This document shows positions 52,749 through 64,000 of a stretch of 64,000 nt of DNA, in pieces; position 1 is the stretch's first letter; the number at the start of each line of letters is the position of its first letter. Source of the DNA: Octopus bimaculoides (taxonomy: Eukaryota); NCBI RefSeq assembly GCF_001194135.2, contig NC_068983.1, positions 33,717,397 through 33,781,396 on the forward strand, written 5' to 3'. The notes beneath the pieces were generated by a model, which searched no databases, was not told the DNA's origin, and worked only from the letters and a program-made list of their open reading frames with translations. Both the position numbers and the translations under genes were made by a program.

Positions 52749-53999
52749 CTGTAATGAAAGTGTTTTGTTAGCTAATCATACTGAGGTCTTCTATGTCAGT
52801 AAGTAACAGGAAAACCGTTCAGAAATTACTCATGTTCTGTTATATTTGATGTTTTTAATTTCTGATATAGTCACAAGGCTATATATTTCAGAGGACAGAG
52901 AAATGAGTCATTGTGGCGTCATAGCTTCCTGGAGGCCATTAACGGCATCAATGATATGAATTGACTTTAATCAATACTGGAAATATCGTCGATGTTTTTA
53001 AACGCCGGTGGCTTACCTCCCATTCAGCAGCTCTACATGGCAAATACGTAACAGAGTGTAGATAATTATAACAGCGGTAAAATAGTGAAATACACTAAGC
53101 CGGGTTTGATTATTTCCTTTTGGTGTTATCTGAAATATGAATCCTGCTCGTGTCATTCATTCGATCCAAAACTAAGCAACACCGCTTACTTTGATGAACA
53201 ACAGATTCGATATTTTTTGTTTATCTATGTTTTTCTTCGTATTTTATTACTTCATTTCCCTTCACAGTGTATTTTAAACCGAAACGCCAAGTCAACTAAA
53301 CATGTTTCATTGTTTTCTCATTTGAACTAGAAATGTGATTATCAAAATATAATTACTGTTTGCTGTATATGATTGATTCTTCAAAACGTTCCACAGCAGA
53401 CCTCTACAGCAGATTTTCTTATTTGTTGTTCTAAATGGACGAATTAAATGCAGTAACTTACCCCTGCATCTCCCCTCACAGTAGCCTTTGTTAAACAGGA
53501 AAAAGTCCGATTATGCTCTTAATATTTAAAAGATGCCAGTGCATCAAACGTCCAAAGACATCTTTTCAAATCTAACATGAAAGGAATAAAGAAATGATAA
53601 ATTATGGGATTATGATTTTTAGGACATGCGACCTCATATTTAGAGAGGAATCTTTTTCTCTTTTTAACATTTCCATTTCTTTTAGATCGCTTTATTCTCA
53701 GTTTTTTTATGAGATATCTTTCCCTGGTTTTGCACATAGAACCAGACAGCACTCGAACAAAGGAGTTTTCATTATATACGCCTAGTCATACTCCTATCCT
53801 CTAGATTACTGATGTATTTGTACACACATACTATGTACAATACATAGAGACTTGGTAACATACAATATGCTTTCTTTCATTGTTTTAGTTGCCTTTATTT
53901 GCGAGAAGACACACACATCCTTTCGGGTTATTCACTTTTGAACAGGTGGAATATCAAAAATCTGATAATTAGAGAGAAAGAAGATATCATTACTGTTAA

Positions 54000-54075
54000 T
54001 TAAACTGGAGGAACGTGAAATGAAGTGTCCTGCTGAAAGATAACGCGCCGCCCGGTCCAGCATTCATGTCCTTGA
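54000..54075 (-). mobile_element. CORE-SINE fragment
   Basis: actggaggaacgtgaaatgaagtgtcctgct...aacgcgccgcccgg matches the 62382 copy. Confidence 0.65.
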
Positions 54076-56379
54076 CCATGCTTTCGTTCTGTGATGAAGA
54101 TCAGATATCAAACCTACCGAAAAACATTATAATTCGAAATATGAAAATGAAACACAAATTTTTGTTAACCATTAATTTTAGATAGTTAATCCATCAAGTA
54201 TCTTAAGCATCTACGAGGCTGTTGCTAAGCAACAGTTTCTGTAGAGATATTCAGTTACACAGTTTTCTCTTTTCTTAAAATATCTCTTCAATGACTATTT
54301 TGTTTGTTTATTATTCTGCGAGCTAATTGCGAATTACATCCCGCTGGTTACAGTAGTAAAGTTAACCACGTAAAGAAACTAGTAAGAGCTAAAATAAAAT
54401 TTTCAGTGCGATTTATTTCGATATATTTCAAATCGGTGACCAGGGACAGAATGTGAGCTGCCGATACTACGGCTCATTAAAAGGTTCTTCATTGACTTAG
54501 GTAAACTGTACCCTAGCTTTTAGCTGCCCAACTTATTTTAGCAAATCAACAACACTTTATGAGACTTTTCTTTTTCATACTTAAGTAAACATATAATCAA
54601 TACGGATAAATTCTAGTGGAGCGGACATAATATTTCATATTTCCCTTGAAAAATATTATTCAGATTTTCGTGGCAATAGATAGTGTTCTGTCGCTTTAGG
54701 TCTATGACGTAATGCATGATCTATTCATGAACATTTAAAATTTTATGAAATATCTCCATGGTGATATGCTGTGTCCTCACTAGCCTCTGAGAAGTCTACG
54801 GTGATCCTGATCCATAAGTTGGAAACCACTGACTCAGACATTTGTAGTATTTTCAAGACATCAAAAAAATACGCTCCTCAACAACAGGTTGTGATGCACA
54901 ATAACGGATTGTTAACCAAAGTTTTCTAAGCCTCGCTTTAGACTCTCACCGTTTTGATGGAATCGTAGAGACGCTTTCATGGCGTACAGCATGTTTAGGT
55001 CATATTTTAGTCCTGACAGAGGGAACACGTCCCTCCACAACTGTAATCACAGAGGATTTCTTTTACTAAACATATAGAGAAAATGAAAGTGAGATATACA
55101 TAAAAAAATCAACATCTGTACACTGCAAATTCTTTATCTATTGATCTTGAAAGATTGAAAATAAAACATGAGCTCGAAGGGAGTTGAACTTATGCCGTAA
55201 ATCCTGGACGCTTACTGCAAAGCAATCAAACCGATACTTTAAAATTTCAACCACTTGGCCACCTAAAATCATTTTACTCTCCCTAAGCAAACAGATCGTT
55301 GTATTTATGAACAAGATGTATATTTCTCAACTAGACATAAAATTTATCGTGAAATATTAAAAAAAGTCAACATAATGAGCAAGCAGAAATATTGTATGCT
55401 AGATTTCACGCCTTTGCTGGGAAACTATCTATTCTTAAAAAATGGCTTCTATCAGGTCAACTAAACTAAAATTTTATAAAGAAATGCCTTTTTCAGTATC
55501 TCATCTATATATTGATATTAGGTCTCTTGCAATGTTATAATACTGCATAAGATTCAATACAAAAACACACTTTGGCTTAGAGCAAGGAATCAAAACGTCC
55601 TAAAATTGAAGGCCACATTAGATAATGTAACAACAGATGCTGTAAACTACTTGATACTCTCACTCAGACTGCCTTTAGTCATAGATCTATTCGATGAGGT
55701 CTGATCTGGAGTTAAGCAACAACGAATTCGACAAGCAAAAATATATTTCACGAACCTAAAGATCGAATATAATGGGAATCGATTTGTCTATTTTTGACAC
55801 GGAAATAAGTATAAAACCTTTGATATTTCGACTATATGTGAGTCTGCTTGATAGGCAGTCAAATTAATGATGTACACATCTTTAATAACATTTACTATGG
55901 TGAAAGAGCAATTTTAATTTAGAATCAAAGCCTTCGTTGTAAACATGGTGTAGTAGGAAATTTCACGCAACTTAATGTTGTATAACGATATTTTCCGAAT
56001 TTCAATCTATTAAAATTAATGAGAAATAGAATATTTCTCACTAAGCAACCAGAGCACATCTTTGCTAATACATTAACAAGTTGTAATGAAGATTTAAACT
56101 CGCAGCTAAGACATAAGTGAAGTACATCAGATGAAACAAGGAACTTGATTCCTTTCCAATATTTGATGATATGCAACATCGATTTAATTTAAAAGAAACA
56201 TGATGTGAATATTACAATATTGATTTTGTTTGACTTGGCATAAATTCCTTATAATTTTGAACTGAAGAGAATCTAGAAGTTCTGCTGATCATGCATTTAA
56301 AAATAGTATTAACAGCGGCGCAGGATGTAAAACTACTTCGATACAAATATAAAACTCTGTTAACTTTTTGGCTTCTATC

Positions 56380-56455
56380 TCAACAGAATGATATAATCTG
56401 CTGAGGTCAAATTTCACTTTCCTACCTCAGGGGTTGATAAAACAAAAACACTAAG
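56380..56455 (+). mobile_element. SINE family A fragment
   Basis: ctgctgaggtcaaatttcactttcctacctcaggggttgataaaa. Confidence 0.5.
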
Positions 56456-56640
56456 ATAACATCGGTCTCGATATAATCGTTAATATACCTCCGTCCAATT
56501 CAAAACGTTTTTTTTTTTTTAGAAGACATTAGTATTAAAAACCACATCAAATAATTGAGTCAAAGGAAGCATAGAGTTTTGTTTGTTTGTTTGTTTGTTT
56601 GTTTGCGTGTATTTGTTTGTTTGTGCGTGTGTATTCGTGC

Positions 56641-56743
<103 letters not shown>

Positions 56744-57291
56744 CATGTTTGCGCGCGCGCTTGTGCGTGGGTGAGTATTTCTAGATAAACAAAATACCCT
56801 GAGTGGATGTTCAAAGTGGGTGAATTTATAACATGGATATCTGTCTAAAATCCAATAAAATCTGCTATTCTCAACTGGTTACAGTTCACGTTTATATGTA
56901 ATAGTCAAACGTCTAGTGAAATTTTTGAAAAGTTAACTCGCAGTGAATCCCATTCTCCATTGGTAGTAGGTTACACGAAAGAATTCAATGAAATCAGCAA
57001 ATTAAAGAATAACTAAAAGTCTTTTGTGTGATTGCAATGAATTTCGGGTGACATTATCAAAGATGTGTAAACATGCACAAAAACGTAACTCGTTATGATG
57101 ACATAAACCATCCACTCGACGAACCAATGGGAATCATGTGTACGGGTCATTGAACTACAAGTAAGAACAGTTATAGCTCAAATCCCTAAGCATTATGCTT
57201 CCGAAAAGCCAACCACGAGATGATAACGATGAAATGGCAGATGGATGACTTTTACATATAAATGTCGACAGACAACTTACAGACAGGACAA

Positions 57292-57425
57292 TTGTGTGGT
57301 ATGGTGCAGATTGCTGTTGCCAGACATAGGATGCTCCAGCAGCCACCCTTTTGACCCAGGGCAGCGCCACCTCCTCCAGGCACTTGATGCAGGCCTCCGT
57401 GTTGATATTGAGGCCGTGTGGGAAA
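57292..57425 (-). mobile_element. Tc1/maT-like transposase fragment
   Basis: FPHGLNINTEACIKCLEEVALPWVKRVAAGASYVWQQQSAPYHT (WQQDxAPxHT second-Asp motif, decayed). Confidence 0.85.
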
Positions 57426-58224
57426 TGTCTGTCGGCGAATTGTCTGTCGACGAATTGTCTGCGCACACGATGAAACACCTTTCATAATTTAATTGTATCT
57501 AAAACACCACCACCACCACCACCACCAGTGCCCTTCTACGCTCCTGTTACTCTTAAATGTAAGCAAGACAGATACCCCTACCCAACAAAAACAGAAAACA
57601 AACAATCCTCTCAATCTGTATAATGATTAACAACTCCAGACCTACGATTGTATGGAGATGTTATCTTCCATATAATGACATCAAAAACAAGCTATAAATA
57701 TATTATTCAAAATGATATGAATATAGATGAATAATTAGGTAATTGAAATATGAATTGAGTGGAACTGAAAGGAAACAAGAAATAACAATGAGACACGTTA
57801 CATATCGATATCCGGCCATTTAAACCAACAAAATATGAGAACACGTAAACTGATAAACACGCACATTCAAACACACTCTCTCCCCTACATCCATATAAAA
57901 CAAACTATATACATGTGTGAGTACTTTTGTGTGTGTGAGTGCTAGTGTGTGTGTGTGCATGTGTGTGTGTGTGCATGTGTGTGTGTGTGTGTATGTATGC
58001 GTGCGTGCGTGTCTGTGTCCATAAGTCTCTGTTTATGTATATACTAAGATTGATCAAAAAGTGTCAGAACTGTTGTCCCGATACTTACCAAGCAGGATAT
58101 AGTCGGTTCGCAGAAATTGACCCTAACCTATGTTGCGCATGCCCACCAAGTAACAACGTTCTTGCTCACTTGTGTTATTTGCAGCAGTGCTTGAAAGTAA
58201 ATTGCGTCGAGTGCAGCCGTCGCA

Positions 58225-58375
58225 TGCGTCCAGTGAGCGCCAACCACATTATACACATTCAGCGAACATTAAGCAGCTGTTTTTGGTTAAGCACAACTTC
58301 ATGCAGGTTCGCCATCCTCCATATTCCCTAGATCTCGTCCCTTACAACATTTTACTCTTCAAAAATCAAATGCCA
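58225..58375 (+). mobile_element. mariner transposase fragment
   Basis: HSANIKQLFLVKHNFMQVRHPPYSLDLVPYNILLFK (HPPYSPDLAPxDFxLF). Confidence 0.85.
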
Positions 58376-58610
58376 CCAATTCCAGACCACATTCTATGTG
58401 TTTTACTTCTAAGTCTTTTGTTGCCAAGGCAACAGTTCCGATATTTATGAGCGCTCCCCGTATTTATAAACATTTTTGCAATGTGTACGCATATAATTTG
58501 AGTATGTTAGTCAATGTCTGATTTGGTTTTAGTTTTTTTCTATTTGCGGATATATAAAAGAGGGATTGATTAGCCTAGAAACAAGTAACAATCTGCCACA
58601 GTAAATATCG

Positions 58611-58651
<41 letters not shown>

Positions 58652-58921
58652 AGTATACACCCACATACACAGACACATACACACACACATTTACAAGGTG
58701 TGTAGGGTATTTTAGGACATAGCTTTTTTGGTCATTGCTGAGTTCTTGCTTACTCTGTATCAGCTTCGTTTCAGAAAATAATAATGGCAGACCCTCAGCT
58801 ACTCAACAAATGAAGAGGCACGCTGTTATTGTGGTTTGTAAAGGCTAAGCATAGCGATTTAGAAATATATCGATTTTTTAAAAGTCGCCAGATCTTTCGT
58901 CTACAAAATACGACGACATGG

Positions 58922-58929
58922 ATGGATAG

Positions 58930-58991
<62 letters not shown>

Positions 58992-59526
58992 GCTTGACTG
59001 TGTTGGGGTGGTGCGTCTAATGTCACAATATGCTACGCCTTTGCAACCATCGAAAAATACACAAAGCATATACATTTGTATATGTATTTAACAATAATTA
59101 TTATACAAAAACTGATTTTACTTCATATGCAAATTTTCTCTTAGGCATGCAATTTCCGGACATACCAGCTCATGATTTTACAAGCCATGAGCATATAAGT
59201 CGTTGAACTGTCTAGCTTACTCACCTTCAACCCAGGCGGGTAGGTGGTGTTGATAAGCCTCAAAAATGACGAAAAATCGATGTCCATCACTGCCAGATGG
59301 GATTGAGGGTGTGTTATCTCGCCTGTCCTCGGCTCTAAGGTGTTTTAACACCGGGACATGAGAGTTATATACTCCGCTACGCCAATGCAGCCACCGAAAA
59401 ATACACAAACCATATACATTAGTGTATGTATTTAACAATATTTATTACACTAGAGTTGCTTTTACTTNNNNNNNNNNNNNNNNNNNNNNNNNNNNNNNNN
59501 NNNNNNNNNNNNNNNNNNNNNNNNNN

Positions 59527-59599
<73 letters not shown>

Positions 59600-59691
59600 C
59601 TCTGACTGAGCGTATTTTGACATTAGACGTACCACCCCAACACAATCAGGCATCTACCTATCTATCTATCTATCTATCTATATATCTATCT
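58922..59691. mobile_element. Foldback with (GATA)n outer ends, 45-bp inverted arms and internal 91-bp direct repeats around a hammerhead
   Basis: 58989-59033 vs reverse complement of 59610-59654: 40/45 identical; direct repeats at 59032-59122 and 59376-59467. Confidence 0.85.
59235..59294 (+). ncRNA. Type-I hammerhead with U3-A8 compensatory core variant
   Basis: GGCG-GGTAG-GTGGTG-TTGATAA-GCC-TCAAAAAT-GAC-GAA-AAATCGATGT-C-CATCAC-TGCC: 6-bp stem I plus distal helix, stem II with one mismatch, stem III one change from palindrome ACATCGATGT, GUC. Confidence 0.68.
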
Positions 59692-60721
59692 AAAGACAGA
59701 GTGAGAAATTTATAGACAGCCATATAGAGAATATTCTGTATGTCATAGGATTGGAAGTTAGCATAATTCCAAGTCACCCAAAGTATGACGACAGGACGAC
59801 ATTTGCGTTCTGGATGTATCGAAATAAATCAATAGAAAACTTCTTCAAGTAAATGTTTTTTTTTTCTTTTTACTCTTAATTGTTAACTTCTTTGTTATCG
59901 TTTTGTCTTTCAGTAGAATCAATGGAATCTGATTAGCTGTTGCGTTTGCTGACGTTCACTTCGACTGTCATTCATGCGTTCGTTTCGTATTTTTATTTTT
60001 ATTTTTATTTTTTTGCTAGTTACTTGCGTTTCATATTTTGTTTGTTTGTTTCACATTCAATTCTTGACTATCACCAACAGATTGCCACACTGTCACGAGT
60101 TTCTCCGTCTTCTTTGTTTAGATGTATTTATGTGGCTTTCTAATGTAGTTTCTTTTTTTTTATGTTTTGCGAATCGATTTTGTATAGCATGCATTTTCTT
60201 TCTTTCTGTCTTTCTTTCTTTCTTTCTTCCTCTCTCTCTTCCTTCCTCTCTTTCACTCTCATTCGCCTCTCCTATCTTTCTGTCGATGACTATATCGTTT
60301 CCTATATATGTTTATACACACATACATAAACGCATATGTAAGCATTTAAATACTTATCTGTATATATGTGAAAGTTTACCTGTTCTCTCTCCCTCGTGCG
60401 TGTGTGCTTGGACTATATTGTTTGCAGTCTTGTTTACTTTATGCACTATTGTTTATATTATTTTATCGTTATTTATTTAATTTGCTTATTTATTACTTAT
60501 CTATTTATTTACATTTTGGTATATTTATATGTTAGTCGAGATTGCTTGTTGATAATATTCCTCTAATCACCTCTCGTCTTGTTATTTTCAGCATACTCTC
60601 CTGTTCCTTGTTTGCTTTTCTTCGCGTTACTGTTGTTGATATTATTGATATTAATGTACTCTTTGTTTCGTTTTTTTTTTCTGACTTATCGTTTTCTCCT
60701 TTTCTTCCAATTCTTTTCATT

Positions 60722-60770
60722 TCATTTCAAAGTTTCAGCTCAGAGCTGCGGCCATGCTGATGCACCACCG
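60722..60770 (-). mobile_element. SINE 3' fragment (family B)
   Basis: tttcag...gctgcggccatgctgatgcaccaccg. Confidence 0.5.
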
Positions 60771-61141
60771 TATTATTTATTATAAACTTTCCACAAAACG
60801 CTACTGTCGTCGCCATTTCACGCGTGATCTAGCATTTCTGAATACATGAGGTCGATGCAGAGAAACGGCGTGGAATCACGCTGTAATTTCACATCTTGAG
60901 TTGATCAAACTTATATGTATTCGTAATAATAAAGGTACAAAATTAGGTACATAATAATCACACATACAAGCATTCACATACACACATATACTCACAGAAT
61001 TGAAACGCTGATGTTTTTCACCCCTTCCTTCATTATTCATCTATCACCCCTTCCCTTCTGTCATTTCTATTACTTTCTCTCACTCCGTTTCAGTCAGGGT
61101 TTTTACTTTCACTACTTCTCCTTCACTGATTTACTATTAAT

Positions 61142-61176
<35 letters not shown>

Positions 61177-61819
61177 NNNNNNNNNNNNNNNNNNNNNNNN
61201 NNNNNNNNNNNNNNNNNNNNNNNNNNNNNNNNNNNNNNNNNNNNNNNNNNNNNNNNNNNNNNNNNNNNNNNNNNNNNNNNNNNNNNNNNNNNNNNNNNNN
61301 NNNNNNNNNNNNNNNNNNNNNNNNNNNNNNNNNNNNNNNNNNNNNNNNNNNNNNNNNNNNNNNNNNNNNNNNNNNNNNNNNNNNNNNNNNNNNNNNNNNN
61401 NNNNNNNNNNNNNNNNNNNNNNNNNNNNNNNNNNNNNNNNNNNNNNNNNNNNNNNNNNNNNNNNNNNNNNNNNNNNNNNNNNNNNNNNNNNNNNNNNNNN
61501 NNNNNNNNNNNNNNNNNNNNNNNNNNNNNNNNNNNNNNNNNNNNNNNNNNNNNNNNNNNNNNNNNNNNNNNNNNNNNNNNNNNNNNNNNNNNNNNNNNNN
61601 NNNNNNNNNNNNNNNNNNNNNNNNNNNNNNNNNNNNNNNNNNNNNNNNNNNNNNNNNNNNNNNNNNNNNNNNNNNNNNNNNNNNNNNNNNNNNNNNNNNN
61701 NNNNNNNNNNNNNNNNNNNNNNNNNNNNNNNNNNNNNNNNNNNNNNNNNNNNNNNNNNNNNNNNNNNNNNNNNNNNNNNNNNNNNNNNNNNNNNNNNNNN
61801 NNNNNNNNNNNNNNNNNNN

Positions 61820-61863
<44 letters not shown>

Positions 61864-61869
61864 GATGTA

Positions 61870-62335
61870 TCCAGCAAATTACTCATCGACAAAAACCATA
61901 GAAATTCAAGCTCCAGAATTATCGAAGTCCAAGGACTGAAACAATGGAAACAGAATAATTACTGCATTGATCTAAAAAATAAATATCTCTAGGAAAATCT
62001 AAGAAAAGGAGGAGATCTATGGACAACTGCTTCGAAACCTCTAGCTTCTATCTCTAGACTATGAATTCATACCAATAATTGGAGCACTAGGTTTTGTTAG
62101 TAAATGCTTAAAATAGAATCTGGATAAACTGGGATTTTCAGAAAGAGAAATCGATCGGCTAATTTGTACGTTACAAGTGCAATCTGTGAGTGGAACAGTA
62201 AAAATATGCAAGACTTTTCTCAAGCTCCAAATGAGAACTTGCATGTGTTAACTACATCCCAAAGATGGAGCCTTGTGTCTTTGTTGGAAACCGGCTCCCT
62301 CTTCAGTGGAAGATTTATAATAGTTAACAAAAATA
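61870..62335 (+). mobile_element. RLE-type LINE C-terminal endonuclease remnant with 3' UTR
   Basis: EKEEIYGQLLRNL..YEFIPIIGALGFVSKCLK..LDKLGFSEREIDRLICTLQVQSVSGTVKICKTFLK. Confidence 0.8.
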
Positions 62336-62381
62336 GAAGAGACATACATGCGCACATGCATACATACACACAGACATATAT

Positions 62382-62674
62382 CTGGCACTCCGTCGCTCAC
62401 GACGATGATAGTTCCAGTTGATCCGATCAACAAGATTAACGAGCAAGTGGCTAAGCACTCCACAGACAGGCGTACCTTTTGACACACTTCTCAGGGACGT
62501 TCGGAATGACTCAGAGTCTGACAATACAGGTACTACTCCATTTTTGCCAGCCGAGTGGACTAATGCAACGTAAAATATAGTGTCTTGTTTAAGGAAGCAA
62601 GGCGCCGCTGGGAATCGATCTTGCGACCCTACGATCGCGAGCCGAATGTCCTAACCACTAAGCCACGCGCCTTC
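62382..62674 (-). mobile_element. tRNA-derived CORE-SINE (family C), near full-length
   Basis: Minus head gaaggcgcgtggcttagtggttagg...gatcgattccc (A/B boxes); CORE-like ccttaaacaagacacta...ggctggcaaaaatggagtag. Confidence 0.88.
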
Positions 62675-63726
62675 ACAAACATACATACGTACATAGATAC
62701 AAGCATACATACACACATACATACAAATATACAGATATACACACACGTACACATGTGCGGGAGCGCACACACACACACATTAATGTATTTTTATGTCCTG
62801 TTATAATAAAAACAATTTTACATCAACCTAAAAGGTTACTCTATATTTTTATACAGTAACAAAGTGTTGTTTAATGAGGATATTATTGGCAGTGACTTCG
62901 AAGTGCCGGCTAGTTGAGCCATAGAGAAGAGTGAGTGAGAGAGAGCGAGGACGAAGAGGAGAGAGAGAGAAAACGAAAGAAAGAGAGAGAAAGTGAGTGA
63001 GAGAGAGAGAGAGAGAGATAGAGAGAGAGAGAACAAAAGTAAATCTTGTGTTGATACGTGTACAACTTGCATATATATCTCGGCCATTTACATACATTTT
63101 TTGTTATCAGTCTTTTCAGATCTTGAATATTTTTAAGAGCAACGTTTAGCAGAGTAATCACCTTTTTTAAATAGTGAGAGAATGTTAAAGCTGACAGAGA
63201 ATCTCAATTTGCGTTTTATTGTTTATGGATGTGTAAGCATATGTGTATGTGTATGTCTGCGTGTTTGTGTTTGTGTGTGTTAAGTGTGTGTGCATGTGAT
63301 AGTCAGAGAAAACACATTTTTCTTATTTACTTCACTGAAGGAACATGTAAAAAGAAAATGACTTAATGAAGTTATTGCAATGACGTTAAATAACGATAAT
63401 ATCACAACTGAAAATCTTTAAACGGCACAGTTTACGTTCTTGGCAATTGAATTTTCTATTCCACCCGTGTACCTCAGCAGATTACATGTGGTTGGTTCGT
63501 AGATCATATTGCTGATAACGTCTTAAAACATTAATAATGAAGTACTATTACCTTCACTGAAATGCTTTAGTTTTAGTATACATTAAGTTACTGTTAAAAA
63601 GTAATTTTCCGCTGTGCATTACTAGTTTTGAAAGAAATTATGGAGGCAAACCAAACTTTTTCATGATTTCACATTCAAACTTAATACATACATATAATCA
63701 TGCATATATGCACACAAATTGAAGAC

Positions 63727-63950
63727 CCCTGGTTTAAAGATGAATGTGATCGACTTCTGAGCAAAAGGTATTGTGTTCAATTCGTGGACCGGTTGACGAG
63801 GTTTGTCTTTGAGTAAGACACTTTATTTCACGTTGCTACTGTTGACACAGTTATAACGAGTACTAGCTGAATGCTGGTAAATCGTCCCTTTTTGACTACT
63901 ACATCCTGGATACTTCGCTAAGTAATGAGTGAGTGGGGGAAGCAGAAGGT
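63727..63950 (+). mobile_element. Degenerate CORE-SINE
   Basis: gtctttgagtaagacactttatttcacgttgct matches family C. Confidence 0.65.
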
Positions 63951-64000
63951 GTTTATATCTGCTGTAACTACATTGACACCTAAAACAATTAGTGAAAGCA

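Noticed and set aside
53462-53510. Minus frame ..NKGYCEGRCR before a strong GTAAGT donor (cystine-knot-like CxGxC)
   Set aside because: In-frame TAA just upstream, with no acceptor between the stop and the motif.

Overview
AT-rich (about one-third GC) animal genomic scaffold with many (TA)n-flanked N gaps, dense di-, tri- and tetranucleotide microsatellites and decayed transposons. The tRNA-derived/CORE SINE families and repeat spectrum resemble an Octopus genome; this is recalled similarity, not a database result. No recognisable intact protein-coding gene is present. Most listed ORFs are translated microsatellites or gaps. Supported content: remnants of RLE-type (R4/Dong-like) and CR1-like LINEs, mariner/Tc1 transposases, a Penelope-like (PLE) reverse transcriptase, several SINEs and at least eight foldback (inverted-repeat) elements. 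The most striking unannotated signal is a set of type-I minimal hammerhead ribozyme (HHR) motifs with palindromic stem III, mostly inside short inverted or direct-repeat elements: 22417-22461 (-), 29621-29671 (-), 36835-36871 (+), 50868-50954 (+) and 59235-59294 (+), with decayed candidates at 10638, 10991, 33371 and 42418. They include the canonical C3-G8 core and two compensatory variants of the tertiary 3-8 pair, G3-C8 and U3-A8. This suggests non-autonomous PLE/retrozyme-like elements with variant ribozymes. All alignments and folds were done by eye.
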